A stretch of DNA of 58,034 nt, filler included, from Bipalium vagum (GCA_037834085.1; 3 parts of 3 records of this genome joined end to end with filler, not necessarily neighbours in it); one strand, 5' to 3'; counted from the whole stretch's first letter, positions 36,067 to 52,537 are shown. Made by a program: numbers and translations. The notes: generated by a model not told the origin, from the sequence alone.

Positions 36067-39000
36067 ATGGAAGATTTGGATGTAAGCGCACTGGTAGAGT
36101 ATTTAGAGCCCCGTTCGTATCTCGTTTATTTCGTGATACTATTTTTGTCAACTTTGCTGTTTCTTATAAGCTCAGGAGGACTTCTATATTCGTTATATTT
36201 ATTTTACAAAAATTGGTGCAATACTATGCATAAATATTGCTATGAAGTTATACAACAAAATAGATTTAAATCTGACATCGATTTTCTCGACAGTCAAAAT
36301 AAAGAGCCGACTCCCATTTTCGTGGAAAATTTAGCAAGAGACAAAGAAGTATTGCATTCAAGTAAAAAAGTGAAAGATGACAAAGGGTTGGCTGCAAGAA
36401 TATCCAAAATAAAAATGCCAACAGCCGATGATGATCCAAATAACGAACCGGTAAAGATCGTGGAAATTGAACCAAATAAATTTACGGAAAAATCGATGAG
36501 AGATGATAAGCATTTACGACTTCCAGGACCTGATAAAGAATTAGGTCAGTTCACATTTATTCTTTTTTTATTTTATAAAATATATGTTAATATCAAAAAA
36601 ATCTATTAACTGAAATGTGTAATATTAAATTAAGTATCAAATTAAATATAATTACATTTTTACAATAATATTTATTTATTTAATATATTTGTTATTATAA
36701 AAATTTTGTTTTAAATCATCTCTGATAATAATTCTAAAATAAAATACAAATATTCTCTAAGAATTCAAGAAATAAGGAAAATAATGGATATAAAATATCA
36801 ATTAATTTTACTTATTTTTACATTCTAATAATATTAACCAATTAATATATTTTAAATTCTGTTAATACAATTGTATTTTATATATAAAAATTCATAAAAT
36901 TTGAAAATTCCAGAATTTTTAAAAAATATTTTAAAACATTTTAAAAGGATTTTACTAACATTATTTGGAAAATAATTTCATTTCTAAAAATTAGTTTTTT
37001 CATAAAATATTCATTAATATGATGAATGGCAGTTATCAATAATTAATTTGAATAATTGAATTTATTTAATTAATTTTATATTATTTTTTTATTAATAATA
37101 AAAATATTTTTATTTCTATTTTTTATTCATAGAAAAAATATATATTTTTCTTTTTAAAAAATTTACTAAATAACTTTGACAATGAAAAAACATTGAACAA
37201 TTATAAATTATTTTCTTATCTCATTTTTTATATTTTTTTTAACTTCAAGTTGAACTGCCGCATTTAAAACTTTGTGAAGATCGAAATAAGGAAAACCCTT
37301 AGTAAAAAAATATAGTTTTGAATATTATTAAACCTTACATTATTGGTCTCTCTTATTTTACTTAGTTGACAAAAAATTAATGTTACCATTTGCAAAAGAA
37401 AAACATTATTTTTCTTGAAAAGATACAGTATAATCATAATATAAATATAACATTTAAAGAAATAAACTATAATTTTTCTACATATCTCAGCCAAAACCTA
37501 AATAGATTTCACTAGTAGATAACTATAAAAATCTAATACTCTCCATTTTTAAAATATAAATCGATTTTCAGAAAATCTCCAGGTGACATTTTAAATTTGT
37601 AAAAATCTAGACAAATTTAGAACCTGATAAAAATGTACAGTATAATTTTTCAGTTGTTCAAAAACATGATATTGCTTTTCAAATAAACAAAATCAATTCA
37701 GTGGTATCGTTATATTCTTATTTTTGTGATCATAACCGTGAACATGTTGTCGCTCACCTGCACTTTTCAATGCAACAGGCCCCTTACAACTAGGAATACC
37801 CATTGTGAATCGAAAACATTGATGATTGATGCAATCGTTATAGTTGAAATCATCTGTAATTTTTGACATATTCACTGGACAAATATAATGATGAATTCTT
37901 ATGATTTAAGAATATGAGCTGTAAATCAAAATTTGAGAATTTTTATAATCTATAGAAGCTTATTCAGATTTCAATCGTTTAACACTAACCAGGCTTGTAT
38001 GAAGGTTGTTGTAATTAAGAATTTTTAAATTTGGTTAGCAATTAGTCAATTGTCGATTTTATTCGGAAGGATGTTTACTTTAATTTATCTTTATTTCAAG
38101 TGAAATTACCTTTGTTGAATGATAATAAACAAATATCAATCAGAGTTAGCTTCGTAGATACGACAACCGGTTTTTTATTGAAAGATAACTCATACTTCGG
38201 TCATCCAGTAGAAGTCATTGAAAACTAAATCAATGCAGTCATCAAAGAGAACGTCACAGCATAAAATGTTTTAAAAATTTTAAGATTTTACTTTTACTAT
38301 TTTATTTAAAAATACGACAAAAAGGCAAAAAAAACTATGTTCATCTGAAATGATCATGGTGCAAACAAAGGAAAACAGTGAGATATTATTCATGACAGAA
38401 CATAATATATTGCAAATATTTATGATAATGTATTCGTTTAATCTGACGACTTGACTATTAATTTTATCATAATTCCACAAACTTTTTAAAAAAAACACGT
38501 AAGCCGAAAATGTTAATTAATTCCACCAAAATAACACAAGGTTCAAGAAATGCTGAATTCACCAATGTAACACTGCCAATTCACACAACGTAATTATCAA
38601 TAAATGAAATAATAACAATAATATGATAAAATTCAGAATAAACCGATTTAAAATTTAAAAATCCATAATAAGATCAAGAAAAGTAATAAAATCAATTTAA
38701 ACTGATCATATTAATTTTCAATTTCAATTCTGGCTCCTCACAACTACCCAGACTTTGTCTCACTTGTCAGTTGTGTAACACTCTCGGAACCCGAACATCA
38801 ATTTTTGAAACAACTTAATTTCATATAAATATCATTTGAAAACTTATTTTACTTATTCTGCTTGATAATATTGGGTTGGCAAGAAAGTTCGTACGCTTTC
38901 TAAAATTGGAATTTGTAAAACAAATTTTCATAAATTAATCATCCAGTTGTTGTTTAAATAATATAATAGATTTGTGCGATAATTAGAATATCGTTGTACA

Positions 39001-42000
39001 AGATAAAAAAACTGCATTTTCATCATATTTTATTGTTTTATTTTGTAAAAGGTAAGTATTATACTATTTATAAATATTATATTAATTTTAAAAGGTAAGC
39101 GAGCCTCGAATGAACCTAGAAAAATGTGTAAAGTATATAGAAATTATGCTTTATTAATACGAGTATGCTAAAAATGATTCACCAAATTCAGTTGTGGATA
39201 ATTCGATAAGAACGATGCATCCTGCTCCGAAACCCTATCACACATTGATCTAAACACTAATGGGTCTATTATTGAAAGAATCCATCGAACACGGTAGAAA
39301 TAAGTGATTCATTGCTAAAAAAACGGCAAAAAAACCCATCAATTCTTGAAGCAATTGGCTTCTAGTGATGAAAAATGGATTTTCTATTGCAATGTTATCC
39401 ACAAAAAGTCGTGGGGTCGTCCTGGTGAGCCACCAAAGGCAGGAATGCACACCAACATGATCATGCTTTTTGTTCAGTGGGATTTTAAAGGTGTAATTTA
39501 TTACATGCTATAATCCTTGCCAAACGACTAGTTCGAATGTGTAATGCTCCCAATTGCAAAATGTGTACAATGTAATCCACGAAAAGCGTCCAAATTTTTC
39601 AAATCTGAAAGGTGTTGTCCAACAACATGACAATTCCAGGCCTCATTTATCTATGATTATCCAGAAAAAATTATTGGCCCTTGGGTTGCATGTTTTGTGT
39701 CATCATCCATACTCACCGGACTCCTTCTTACTGATTATCATTTGTTTCAGTCGATACAGAATTCCTTGAACGGGAAAACATTCAATGACAATAAGTCTGT
39801 CAGCAGGCACATTGACACTTATTGCCAATAAACCCCAAGAGTTCTACGAACGTGGCATCGTGAATTTGAAGAGAAAGATCGTTAATAATAAGGAACATAA
39901 AATTGATTAAAATAATTTTTTCAATAAAATATTTTGATGTTATCTTTTCATTTAAAAGCGCAAAAACTTTCTTGCCAATCCAATAACTTAACTTTGTTAA
40001 TTTTAATATTTTTAAAGGCATTTCGACTTTCGACTGAAAAATTCTTAAACACAAATTCAACATTTGATGCTCTCATATCTTTAAGTTACATTTTAAAATG
40101 ACCATTTAATAATGAAAATAACAAAAATAATTTTTTATTATCTATCTCATCTATTTATTCCCCGGTGTAGTTACTTATCCATTTGTGGGTTCCTTACCTA
40201 ATTTACCAACAATTAATCAGACCCAACATGATCGGCATCATTTAAATATTTTTTACAACTTCCCATTTGATTAATTATGATTATTATTAATTATTTATTA
40301 TCAAAGATCATTTAAGATATTGTATTAAATGGTTGATGATAAGAAGCACCATTCTATGAAAAAGACTTTACAAAATACATCGATAAAAAGAGAACAAAAA
40401 TCAAAATAATTTTTTACCTTTCAATAAAGCTGATGAATAAATAGATCTTTCTTTGGGACTGTTAGGTGCAATATTAATCGTATATGATTTGTGGCATTTG
40501 AAAAGTGTTATTAATAAACCCTTTCTAATTAATAAGTTTAATAAAAGTTCTAGTCCACATGGAATAAAATTTTTTCCATTCACTTAAGAATATTATATAA
40601 TAATAACAATGACTTAAATTTTTCTTCTTTCTTATTTGTTTTGAAGGATTTTTGTTCCTGATAAGGATTTAATCTCGGTAATACCTTTTATTTTAATTCC
40701 AACTATTATTCAGTTAATATAATATGCCAAAAATAATTCCAGGAAAATATCTCTGTTTTGTTAATCGCATTTTTGAAGATCAAGTCATATATAACATTTT
40801 AAGTATCATTTCACATTTTTAAATTATCATTTCATAACATGTGATGCTTTAGGTATAATGTTATAATGTTATAATGATGCGCAGGTAGTGAGTACATTAA
40901 TAAATTCCACAAAATTTATATCCTACAGCTACATACTCAACCCTATTGAGAACGCTTTTTCTAAGGTTAAATCAATTCTCAGGGACATTTAATTACGGAA
41001 TCGAAATTGTCTATATGATATGTTTAGGCAAGAAATTTTAACTGACTGTAAGTGATGCTGCAGTATGGTTTCGATTAATGCTAAGAAACTGTGAGTCGAC
41101 TATGAATGAACATTCGTTTGATGAATAAATTTAATAAAATTTCCTTGGGTCTTAAAATATTTGATTATTTTTATATTGTAATTACTTTTTCGAAAAATAA
41201 TTATTGATAATTGAAAAATATGAAAGGGTAATTGAAAGATATGAATTGATACTTGAAATGCTATAATATAAACTCAGAAATATTTTTATTCACCAACAAT
41301 TCATAATAGTATAAGATTATTTATTTTTTATTTTAGGTCGTCTGTCATTTAGACTGGAATATTATTTGGAAAGAAAGGAATTAAGAATTGAACATATTAA
41401 TGGTGAGGGTCTTCGAAAAATAAATAGCCAAGCAATATTAAATCCATTTATTGTTATCTATATTTGGCCTGACAATGAATGGCCGATTAAAACAAGTGTT
41501 GTCAAACATACAAATTCTCCTCGCTGGGAAGAATCAATTGTTTACGAAAATTTCAATTTAAAAAATATGATGGACAAAGCTTTACATTTCAAAATCCAGA
41601 CGAAAAACCAGATAAAACCTAATGAATTAATAGGTCATGTCGTTTTGCCTCTAAGGATAATGAGGAATTTGAAAGCAGGATTATTTGAGGAATATTTTAT
41701 GAAAAATCTGCAGCCAGATTTACAGATAAATCGTGGAGCCATCAAAATTGTTTTGCTTTATAAAGAAACAGAGGAAGAAAGTGAAATCACCATCACTATA
41801 CTGAAAGCCAAGTTGATTTTTCCAATCGGATTTATTGCCGATCAATGTCAGGTTTTTACTAAAGTCACAGTCATTCATCCAAACCTTCCTGTTCAAAGTA
41901 AATTTACCACTATTCAACGAGGCACGTTTGATCCTGTGTGGAAAGAAAATCTGATTTTTAAAGTTTCAAAGGAAAATATTACAAAATTATCAATTATAAT

Positions 42001-42163
42001 TTCTATTCGAGAGGAAGGATTTTCCAAAGATGGCAAATTATTTGCCTATGTTGAATTGGGATCTGACCATACTGAATCAAACAATACCCACTTAAGGACA
42101 ATATTAAAGAAGCCTAACAAAATGATGATCCAGTGGCATCAGCTGTTGTCCAATATTTCTTAA
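36067..42163 (+). CDS. Synaptotagmin-like protein (N-terminal TM plus tandem C2A/C2B), 434 aa, probably Ca2+-independent
   Basis: Exon 1 is 36067-36544 (donor G|GTCAGT) and exon 2 is 41337-42163 (acceptor TTTTAG|). The phase-1 join gives KELG-RLSFRLEYY, the classic start of C2A. Hydrophobic YLVYFVILFLSTLLFLISSGGLLYSLYLFY; C2 motifs KHTNSPRWEE and GTFDPVWKE; C-terminal WHQL. Confidence 0.85.
38871..39983 (+). mobile_element. Mariner element (1113 bp, defective) in the synaptotagmin intron
   Basis: TA-TTGGGTTGGCAAGAAAGTTCGTACGCTTT and AAAGCGCAAAAACTTTCTTGCCAATCCAA-TA. Peptides SDEKWIF, QQHDNSRPH and HHPYSPD. Confidence 0.9.
40800..41260 (+). mobile_element. IS630/Tc1-like (DD34E) 3' remnant
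   Basis: SYSYILNPIENAFSKVKS resembles PYSPxLNPIExxFSKxK. Boundaries approximate. Confidence 0.55.
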
Positions 42164-42495
42164 TACATTTGTATTTTGATGGATTTTAGTTTTTCTGATA
42201 AAAGATAATTGAAATTTTGAACATATTTTTAATCATCTCCATAATCAATTATGATTTTTGATGTAATATTATCTCCTTTTGATATGTAATTTTTCATTAA
42301 ATAAAAATTGATTTTAAGCGAATTTTAATTTTTAAAAAATTTATTTTTCGAACATTAATTATGAAATTATTGTTGTTCTGTATCCTAACTATAAACAAAA
42401 GATCCCCACAATTGAAACTAATAATAATAATAATAATAATAATAACAGCAATAATAATAATTATTAATAACGATAATAATAATTAATAAAAATAT

Positions 42496-42817
42496 GTGAT
42501 TCATTGCAAAAACAGCAAGAAAACCATCAATTCTTGAAGCAATTTGCTGCTAGTGATGAAAAATGGATTTTCTATTACAATGTTATCCACAAAAAGTCAT
42601 GGGGTCGTCCTGGTGAGCCACCAAAGGCAGGAATGCACACCAAGATGATCATGCTTTCTGTTTAGTGGAATTTTAAAGGTGTAATTTATTACATGCTATA
42701 ATCCTTGCCAAACGACTAATTCGAATGTGTACTGCTCCCAATTACAAAATGTGTATAATGTAATCCACGAAAAGCTTCCAAAATTTTCAAATCGGAGAGG
42801 TGTTGTCTACCAACATA
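42496..42817 (+). repeat. Internal mariner fragment near-identical to 39304-39629, embedded in AAT-rich tracts
   Basis: Long identical runs such as TGGGGTCGTCCTGGTGAGCCACCAAAGGCAGGAATGCACACCAA. No TIRs. Degenerate (AAT)n flanks at 42420-42490 and 42818-42990. Confidence 0.85.
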
Positions 42818-42994
42818 ATTAATAATAACAATAATAATGACAATAATAATAATAAATAATATTAAAAATGATATTAATAATAATAATTAAAAAAATAATA
42901 ATAATAATTTAAATAACTATTAATAATGAGAATAATATTAATAATAATTAACAATAATAATAAAATAATAATAATAATAATAATGATAAAATAT

Positions 42995-43900
42995 TATTTT
43001 GGGTTGTAATGAAATAAATATGAATTTTAAACATTGAACTTCAAATGAACAAATCACAGCTTAAAGAAAATTTTATTTTTCAATATAGAAATAGCTTATT
43101 TATCCAGATTCAATAAAAATCTGAAGTTCTAGCTAGATCTTACAAAATCTACAAAGGCTTTAATGACAACATCATCATTGATGGAAGTTTTCTCACTGAA
43201 GAACTTTTCCAAATGTTTGAAGAAATACTAATCACTAGGTGATAGGTCTGTTGAGTAGGCTGGGTGAGGCACAATTTCAATTTTTGTGTTTTAAATTACG
43301 CGACGTGTAGTCTTGCGTTATCATAGATAAGAAATGGGCCTTTTCTATTAATCAAGGCTGTGAGGATACACTTCAGTTTTAATAAATTTCTTCAATTTCC
43401 ACACAATACTTTTCGGTGGTAATTGTTTGACGACATTTTTAGAATTTATTATGAATCAACTCAGCGGAATATGACCAAACATTCACCGAAACCTTCCGTT
43501 GGTGCAATTTAGGTAAAGATTCGATCGAGGAAAGATTTCTTTTTATTTCTCAAAAGAAGTGCTGAATACACTTTAAAATGACATCATTTCTGCTTTTCTG
43601 TCAAAACCCATTTGTCGAGTTTCTTTGACTTTGCTTTTCTTGCAGATGGTTGGAAACAGTTGTATGAGTATAAGTTTTTAAATCGTCATTGGAGATGGAA
43701 GATTTTTGTTTACGACCATCTTTATTTTAAATATCTTCATCTTCATTCTTAAATCTCTGACACCAACGTTGAGTGTCTTTCGTGATTTCATCTCCACTTT
43801 CACCAGACTTCTTCGCTGCTGGAATAAACGTTACCATTAAGATGGCGGAACTGTGTTGATAGTTTTGGTTATGATTTTAAATATATATATATATATATAT
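42995..43900 (-). mobile_element. Decayed mariner element
   Basis: Minus-strand VPHPAYSTDLSPSD*YFFKHLEKF and TQRWCQRFKNE...DGRK. Confidence 0.75.
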
Positions 43901-46112
43901 CGTTTTTTGTTTTTTAAATCAAACTGATTAAAAATCTGATATTCCATGCTTAATGACCTAAAAGTTGTAAAAAAAATTGATTAATTAAATTTCAATCTTT
44001 AGTTAGAATAAACTAAATTTTCTTAAAAGCTAAATTATGATTTTTAGTCCATATTTATACTAATTTGTTATTTACATTTATTCAAAATTTACGCCATTGG
44101 TTTTGTCTTAAATTAAATCAAACGTTAAATGGATAATCATTGGATTTTAAAGGTTAAATTTTAATTGATAATTGTCTTTTTATGCCCTTTCAAACTTGCC
44201 TTTGTTTATGCCACGATTTTTAAGATTACACAAATTTTATTTATGCTTTTTTAAAAGCTCCAAAGGTAATTTTTGTCAGAAAAATTTATCAGATAACAAT
44301 TGCAGATTCAATTTGGTAAATATTTATTATGCCCAGTTTTATGCGACAGGATCAACTTTTGGATAGTGCGCTGCTAGGGCGTTTATAACCGAACCGGGTC
44401 GGTCATGAAACGAGCCTTGGAAGTTCTGATTCGGTGAGACTTTTGTCTATTGTTTTTTTTGTTTTCTTTTTAAATTTAAGATTTATTTTATTAATATTTA
44501 AACATTTTTATTCTAATTGATTAGTTATTATTTTTTGACTTTGCAGTATTCTTTTATCGTGAACATTGAGACACTTAACATTTAAGACTGTGTAATCATC
44601 TTGTATTTTGGATAGCTGAAATAAAGTTTTATTCATTTTTTTGCGAACAAAAATAAAAGGGTCAGTAAAGTTTACTACCAAAGTGTTATGAAAGGGTTTT
44701 CATAGTAATTTCAAAGCGTAACAAATTTATCTATTATTTAATCTTAATTTAGTTATTATTTTAACTGTCTTTTCCTCTGTTCCTTCATATTTGGTTTTAT
44801 TGCATTTCAGTTTATTTCATAATTATTTTTGAAGACAGTTTTAATGATATGTATACTTAGCATAAGTATTGAGTTATTTCCTATTTATCATGAAATTACA
44901 TCATTGAAAGTAAATATTAGAAGTGCTTAATAATGAGAGTTTTGAGAAGTGACATAAATTTTAGTTCGTTCATCAAAATCATCTTTAATAATAGATTCGT
45001 TAGAGAGCACAATTATTGCATCTGAACGGAAAGACAATAGATTTAATTCACTGAAACTCAAAAATACAAATACAATTAAAGATTTACGTAATATGCACCA
45101 AAAACCGCTAATTATTACACACTGACAAAATTCCATTAAAATCGTTTGAATAATGTAAAAAATGAACTTAACAAATTCTTTGTAAAAAAAATATTTGCAT
45201 TAAAATATCATTCAACTTACTTTAGGTAATCTAATTTATTTAATAAATCTCACCTAGTAAATGAAAACCAAATCTGATTATTTCATTTTAGTAATGTGAA
45301 TAAATTTTGAGAATGTATTTTGGCAATAAATCGTGATTAGATTATTTTTAACTTATAATATTCGATAACATTTTAAAAAACTCATCTTACCCCATCAAAA
45401 ACTAACAAATTCAAGACTCCCAATACAATATTAAAATAACTTACATTCTATTTTTCTATTTATATTAATTTAAAAATAGCAAAAATAATGAATTAATTTC
45501 TAATTTTAAGCATGATCATTATTCAATTTCAGAAAATCAAGCTTTAAATTTAAACGGAAAATCATAAATTAGATTAAAATCATAATTTAACAAAACATTT
45601 TTTAAAACTAAACTCATGAAAAACATATAACAAACTTAGGATATAAAATTCAAAAAACTTATCCGCCTTCCGCCTGTCTTCTGTCAATCAGATAAAATCA
45701 ATAATATAAACTTCCTATTTATATAGACAATAATTTTTTATGATAAAAAAGAAGTCTTTCAACAACTCAATGACAAAAACCATTATCATTTCATTCAATC
45801 ACTTGAAAAGAGGGTTTCAACACCAATTGTTTCGTAAGTAATTTCCAAAGACTGGAAAAAAAACTAAAATCCATTCAAAGTTATTGAAACAAAATTTCAC
45901 AAATGAACCCTAATAAATAAATAATTAACAAAATTGCGATCATACACCTCTGTTGTCAGGCATCATCCAATCATAAACTCATAAAATTATTATTTTGTCA
46001 GGAATAACCAATATACGTTTTGTATTAAGATTTTTCGAATAACGGCGCAACTGGAGAAACGTAGCACCGATCAAATAATGTTAATCGATTCTCAAATGTA
46101 AATCGAGTTTCA

Positions 46113-48952
<2,840 letters not shown>

Positions 48953-49779
48953 TTGAAAATTATTAAGATAATTGACGTTAAAATCACAAAATTAAATTAA
49001 AAGTTGTTTATAATTTAACATTTAAATTTTAAAACAAATTTTGATAATTACAATATGACAAAAATTCCCACAAATGATTTTGACAGTCACTTAAAAATAT
49101 TTATGAATTGAAAACATCGATTAAATTTTATTTTTTCCAGTTTTGTTTACTATTTTTGTCCATTAATATTAATTTTAATTCAATTAATTAAAATACTATT
49201 ACATTAGGTATTGGTTATACTAAAAAGACAAAAATTAGTAAATAAAATAAAAATTTATCAATTCAATGAATTTAAGTACTAAAATTAGATTTATCAGAAT
49301 ACATTAGCTTTTGTTAATAGCTAAAGATTTTTTAAGATATTGTTATTATTTGGTAATATTTGGAAATCTTGTCAAGGTGCTGTTCGAAAAAAGAGTGTTA
49401 TTTAATATAAGCATTTGATGTTGATTTCGAACATTTTCTTGTTTATTTGCTTTTATTTATTTGAATTTGAATTTAATTTTTAATTATAATTGAATATTTC
49501 AGGTGACAAGTGATTTGCTTTATTTGTTGATCGAATAACTTCTTATTTAAATTTCTTTTTTTCCTAAATGAGCTTTTCTGTTAATTCATTTTTATCCTTT
49601 TTCATTTCCCTTTAAGACTGGTCTGCTTTGCTATCTTTTTATATATTATGAGCCCATAGGGCCATATCATCCAATCTGAGCTTAATTTAATATATTAAAT
49701 TGAAGAATTTTTAAAAAATTAATAATATAATTATAACTGCTTATTTATACTTCTTACATTTTTTGACTCTCAGGAGCTG

Positions 49780-50300
49780 AAGTTAAGTATCAGATAACGA
49801 TGAGTTTCGTGTCATTATGATTTTAAAATGTTAACGTTACCCTAATGCAACAGAAATAACAGAAAATATTAAAAAAGCATGAAGGAAAGATTCAGTTTCA
49901 GAATGCAAAACATTTTGTTGGTTCAAAATATTTTTCGAAATTGATGAGTCTTGGAAATTAGGATCCTGGTAGATTTGAGTCTAAGATGGAAGATAATCAA
50001 TTGAGGTAGTTAACGGAGTCGTATACATAAATAATACTTAGAGAAGCTACAAAAGAATAAAAAGTAAGTATAGCAAATGTTTTACGAAAGATGAAAACCA
50101 ATGGTAACGTAAGATTACAAATGGATGCCTAAGGAACTTACTGAAATTCAAAAATTCAAAGATATCAAATTTTTTTTATTGATTCAAAGAATTAAGTTAG
50201 AACCATTTTCATTGAGAAATATTACTTGTGGTGAAAAATAAAAGTTATACTATAGTCGTAATAGATTTGCAGAATAGATAAACAAAAGGATCATTTTTAA
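49780..50300 (+). mobile_element. Mariner 5' remnant
   Basis: NATEITENIKKA*RKDSVSECKTFCWFK and WMPKELTE (WVPHEL-like) segments. Confidence 0.6.
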
Positions 50301-51151
50301 TTTATAATTTTTTTCAAATTTTTAACTATTTAAAAAGTCATTACTAATGACTCATTAGTTAGATTTATTTAAATGATGTATAGTAATTCAATGTTGAATT
50401 TTATGATTATATCAGTTATAAAACGCGGATATCACTTTAAATACTCGATTAAACAATTTTTCTAAACATCCCTTGCATTATATTTGTCTAATTACGTAAA
50501 TATTTCTATATTATTTTCATTTAAGATATGTAAAACAAATAATAGACATTGAAAGAGTGAGAACTATGATAAAATGATCTTTATTTATAAATAACTTTCA
50601 ACAATATTTATATAATAACGTATCTATATATTTTTTATTAAAACATGATTAATTTAAATAATAATTTTCATTTAATATTTATTTTAATTTAATATTAGAA
50701 TTATATTAGTCCATGTATTTTAAAGTCTTCTGAAAATTTTATCATTATGTTAGTTATATTCTTGTGTAGTCATTTTCAAATAATAATTTAAAGTCAGAGC
50801 AATAATAATATATTTCTTTAAATCCGATTATTCAAAAAAAATTTTCAAACTCGGACCTCACCTTTTTTAAAAATTAAATTATTTAGTTTTTTTTAAAATT
50901 TACCAACATTTATTTAAAATATTTTAAAAATTCGTAACATTATAATTTTTAAAACTTTAAATTTAAAAATATTTAATAATTGTTAATTTAGGCGTGTGGT
51001 CTTTATATAAAAAAATTCAAGCAAACTAATTGTTCAAAACACTCTTTATAATGTTAATGATAATATTGGTTATACTGATATGATAACAGTACTGGTGAAG
51101 ATAATAATTATTTGATGATGATAATAATAGTAATATGATAATAATAATAAT

Positions 51152-52468
51152 TGTTGGGTTTACCTAAGACACCTACCCGGGGAAATATAATTAAGTAAAA
51201 TCATAAAAAGAGTAGAAATAATAATAATAATAATAATATTAATAATTAAAATTAATTAACATTCGAAAAGTAATTTTAAAATTCCCAGAAATTTTATTTT
51301 GGAAATACTTAGAAAATAAAATAACCCTCCAAAAATAATTTTTATTTTTAAAGAAGCTTTAAAGAGGTATTTTATAAATATTAAGGATCATAATAAAATA
51401 ATTTATAGGGAATTGTTAGTGAATTTTAGAATTTTAATAACATTTTTAGAATTTTAAGTACGATTTTGAAAATATCTCAATAATATTTCCCAGATGAATG
51501 AGTCCCAAACAGTATATAAGCAAAGGGATTTCAGTAGATTTTCACCCCTCAGAGATCAGTGTTCAATTCAGAAGACTACGAGAAGACTACGAGATCAGTG
51601 TTCAATTCAGAAGACTACGAGATCAGTATTCAATTCAGAAGACTACGAGAAGACTACGAGATCAGTGTTTAATTCAGAAGACTACGAGAAGACTACGAGA
51701 TCAGTGTTCAATTCAGAAGACTACGAGATCAGTATTCAATTCAGAAGNNNNNNNNNNNNNNNNNNNNNNNNNNNNNNNNNNNNNNNNNNNNNNNNNNNNN
51801 NNNNNNNNNNNNNNNNNNNNNNNNNNNNNNNNNNNNNNNNNNNNNNNACTATGAGAAGACTACGAGATCAGTGTTTAATTCCGAAAGACTACGGGATCAC
51901 CATCATCGCCCAAGGAGAGGACTGCCAATCGACATTCTTATCAAGTATTCTATTATTACAGCTATTATTACAGACTATGCTTAAAATTCCCCACCAACGG
52001 GTTATCGGTGAGTAACCGTTAGGACTCAGACGATAACTCGGGAGTTTTAAGGAAAGGAACAGACTGTAAGATTTTTCCTTTTTGTTTTATCTTTTTTTTA
52101 AAGTAAATATTAATATTGACTAATAAGTAATATTTTGTTTTAATTTTAAAATTTTGTTTTAATTAACATTTGATTATTATTGAATTCGATTAATTCAATC
52201 TGACTATATTTGATCATTATTGTATTCGACTAAACATTACATTCTTTGTAATTATTATTATTTTGTTGTGTTTTGATCAGATAGAGTAAGGGTTGTGTAG
52301 CATTTCAGACATTAGTTGTGATCCCAGACTCTTACTTATCTTTTTTATTCCCGTGTATTTTTGTGTTTGTGTGGTATAAATACAAGTGTTGCTTTACTGA
52401 TTGTTTTTATTTGCACCACCTAAGATTTGGAATCAGATCTAAATTTGATACACTAGAATTGAAACATC

Positions 52469-52469
<1 letters not shown>
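51152..52469 (+). mobile_element. Putative solo LTR inserted in an (AAT)n tract
   Basis: Starts TGTTGGG directly after ...AATAATAAT and ends GAAACATCA directly before (TAA)n. TAAT on both sides is compatible with a 4-bp TSD but is uninformative inside a microsatellite. Has an internal minisatellite and a T-rich 3' part; no coding domain seen. Confidence 0.55.
51553..51898. repeat. Minisatellite of 28/39-bp units spanning a 100-N gap
   Basis: Unit AGATCAGT(G/A)TT(C/T)AATTCAGAAGACTACG with an optional extra AGAAGACTACG. At least 7 copies; gap at 51748-51847. Confidence 0.95.

Positions 52470-52535
<66 letters not shown>
52470..52535. repeat. (TAA)n microsatellite
   Basis: Pure TAA run; explains the poly-Asn in ORF 52318-52581. 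Confidence 0.95.

Positions 52536-52537
<2 letters not shown>

Noticed and set aside
44365-44435. GC-rich island as a hammerhead ribozyme or other ncRNA
   Set aside because: No CTGANGA core paired with GAAA on either strand; more likely a MITE end, but unsupported.
51553-51898. CRISPR-like array and the two long ORFs 51494-52015 and 51498-51854
   Set aside because: The units are contiguous with no unique spacers, there are no cas genes and the context is eukaryotic. The ORFs are translations of the minisatellite and the N run.
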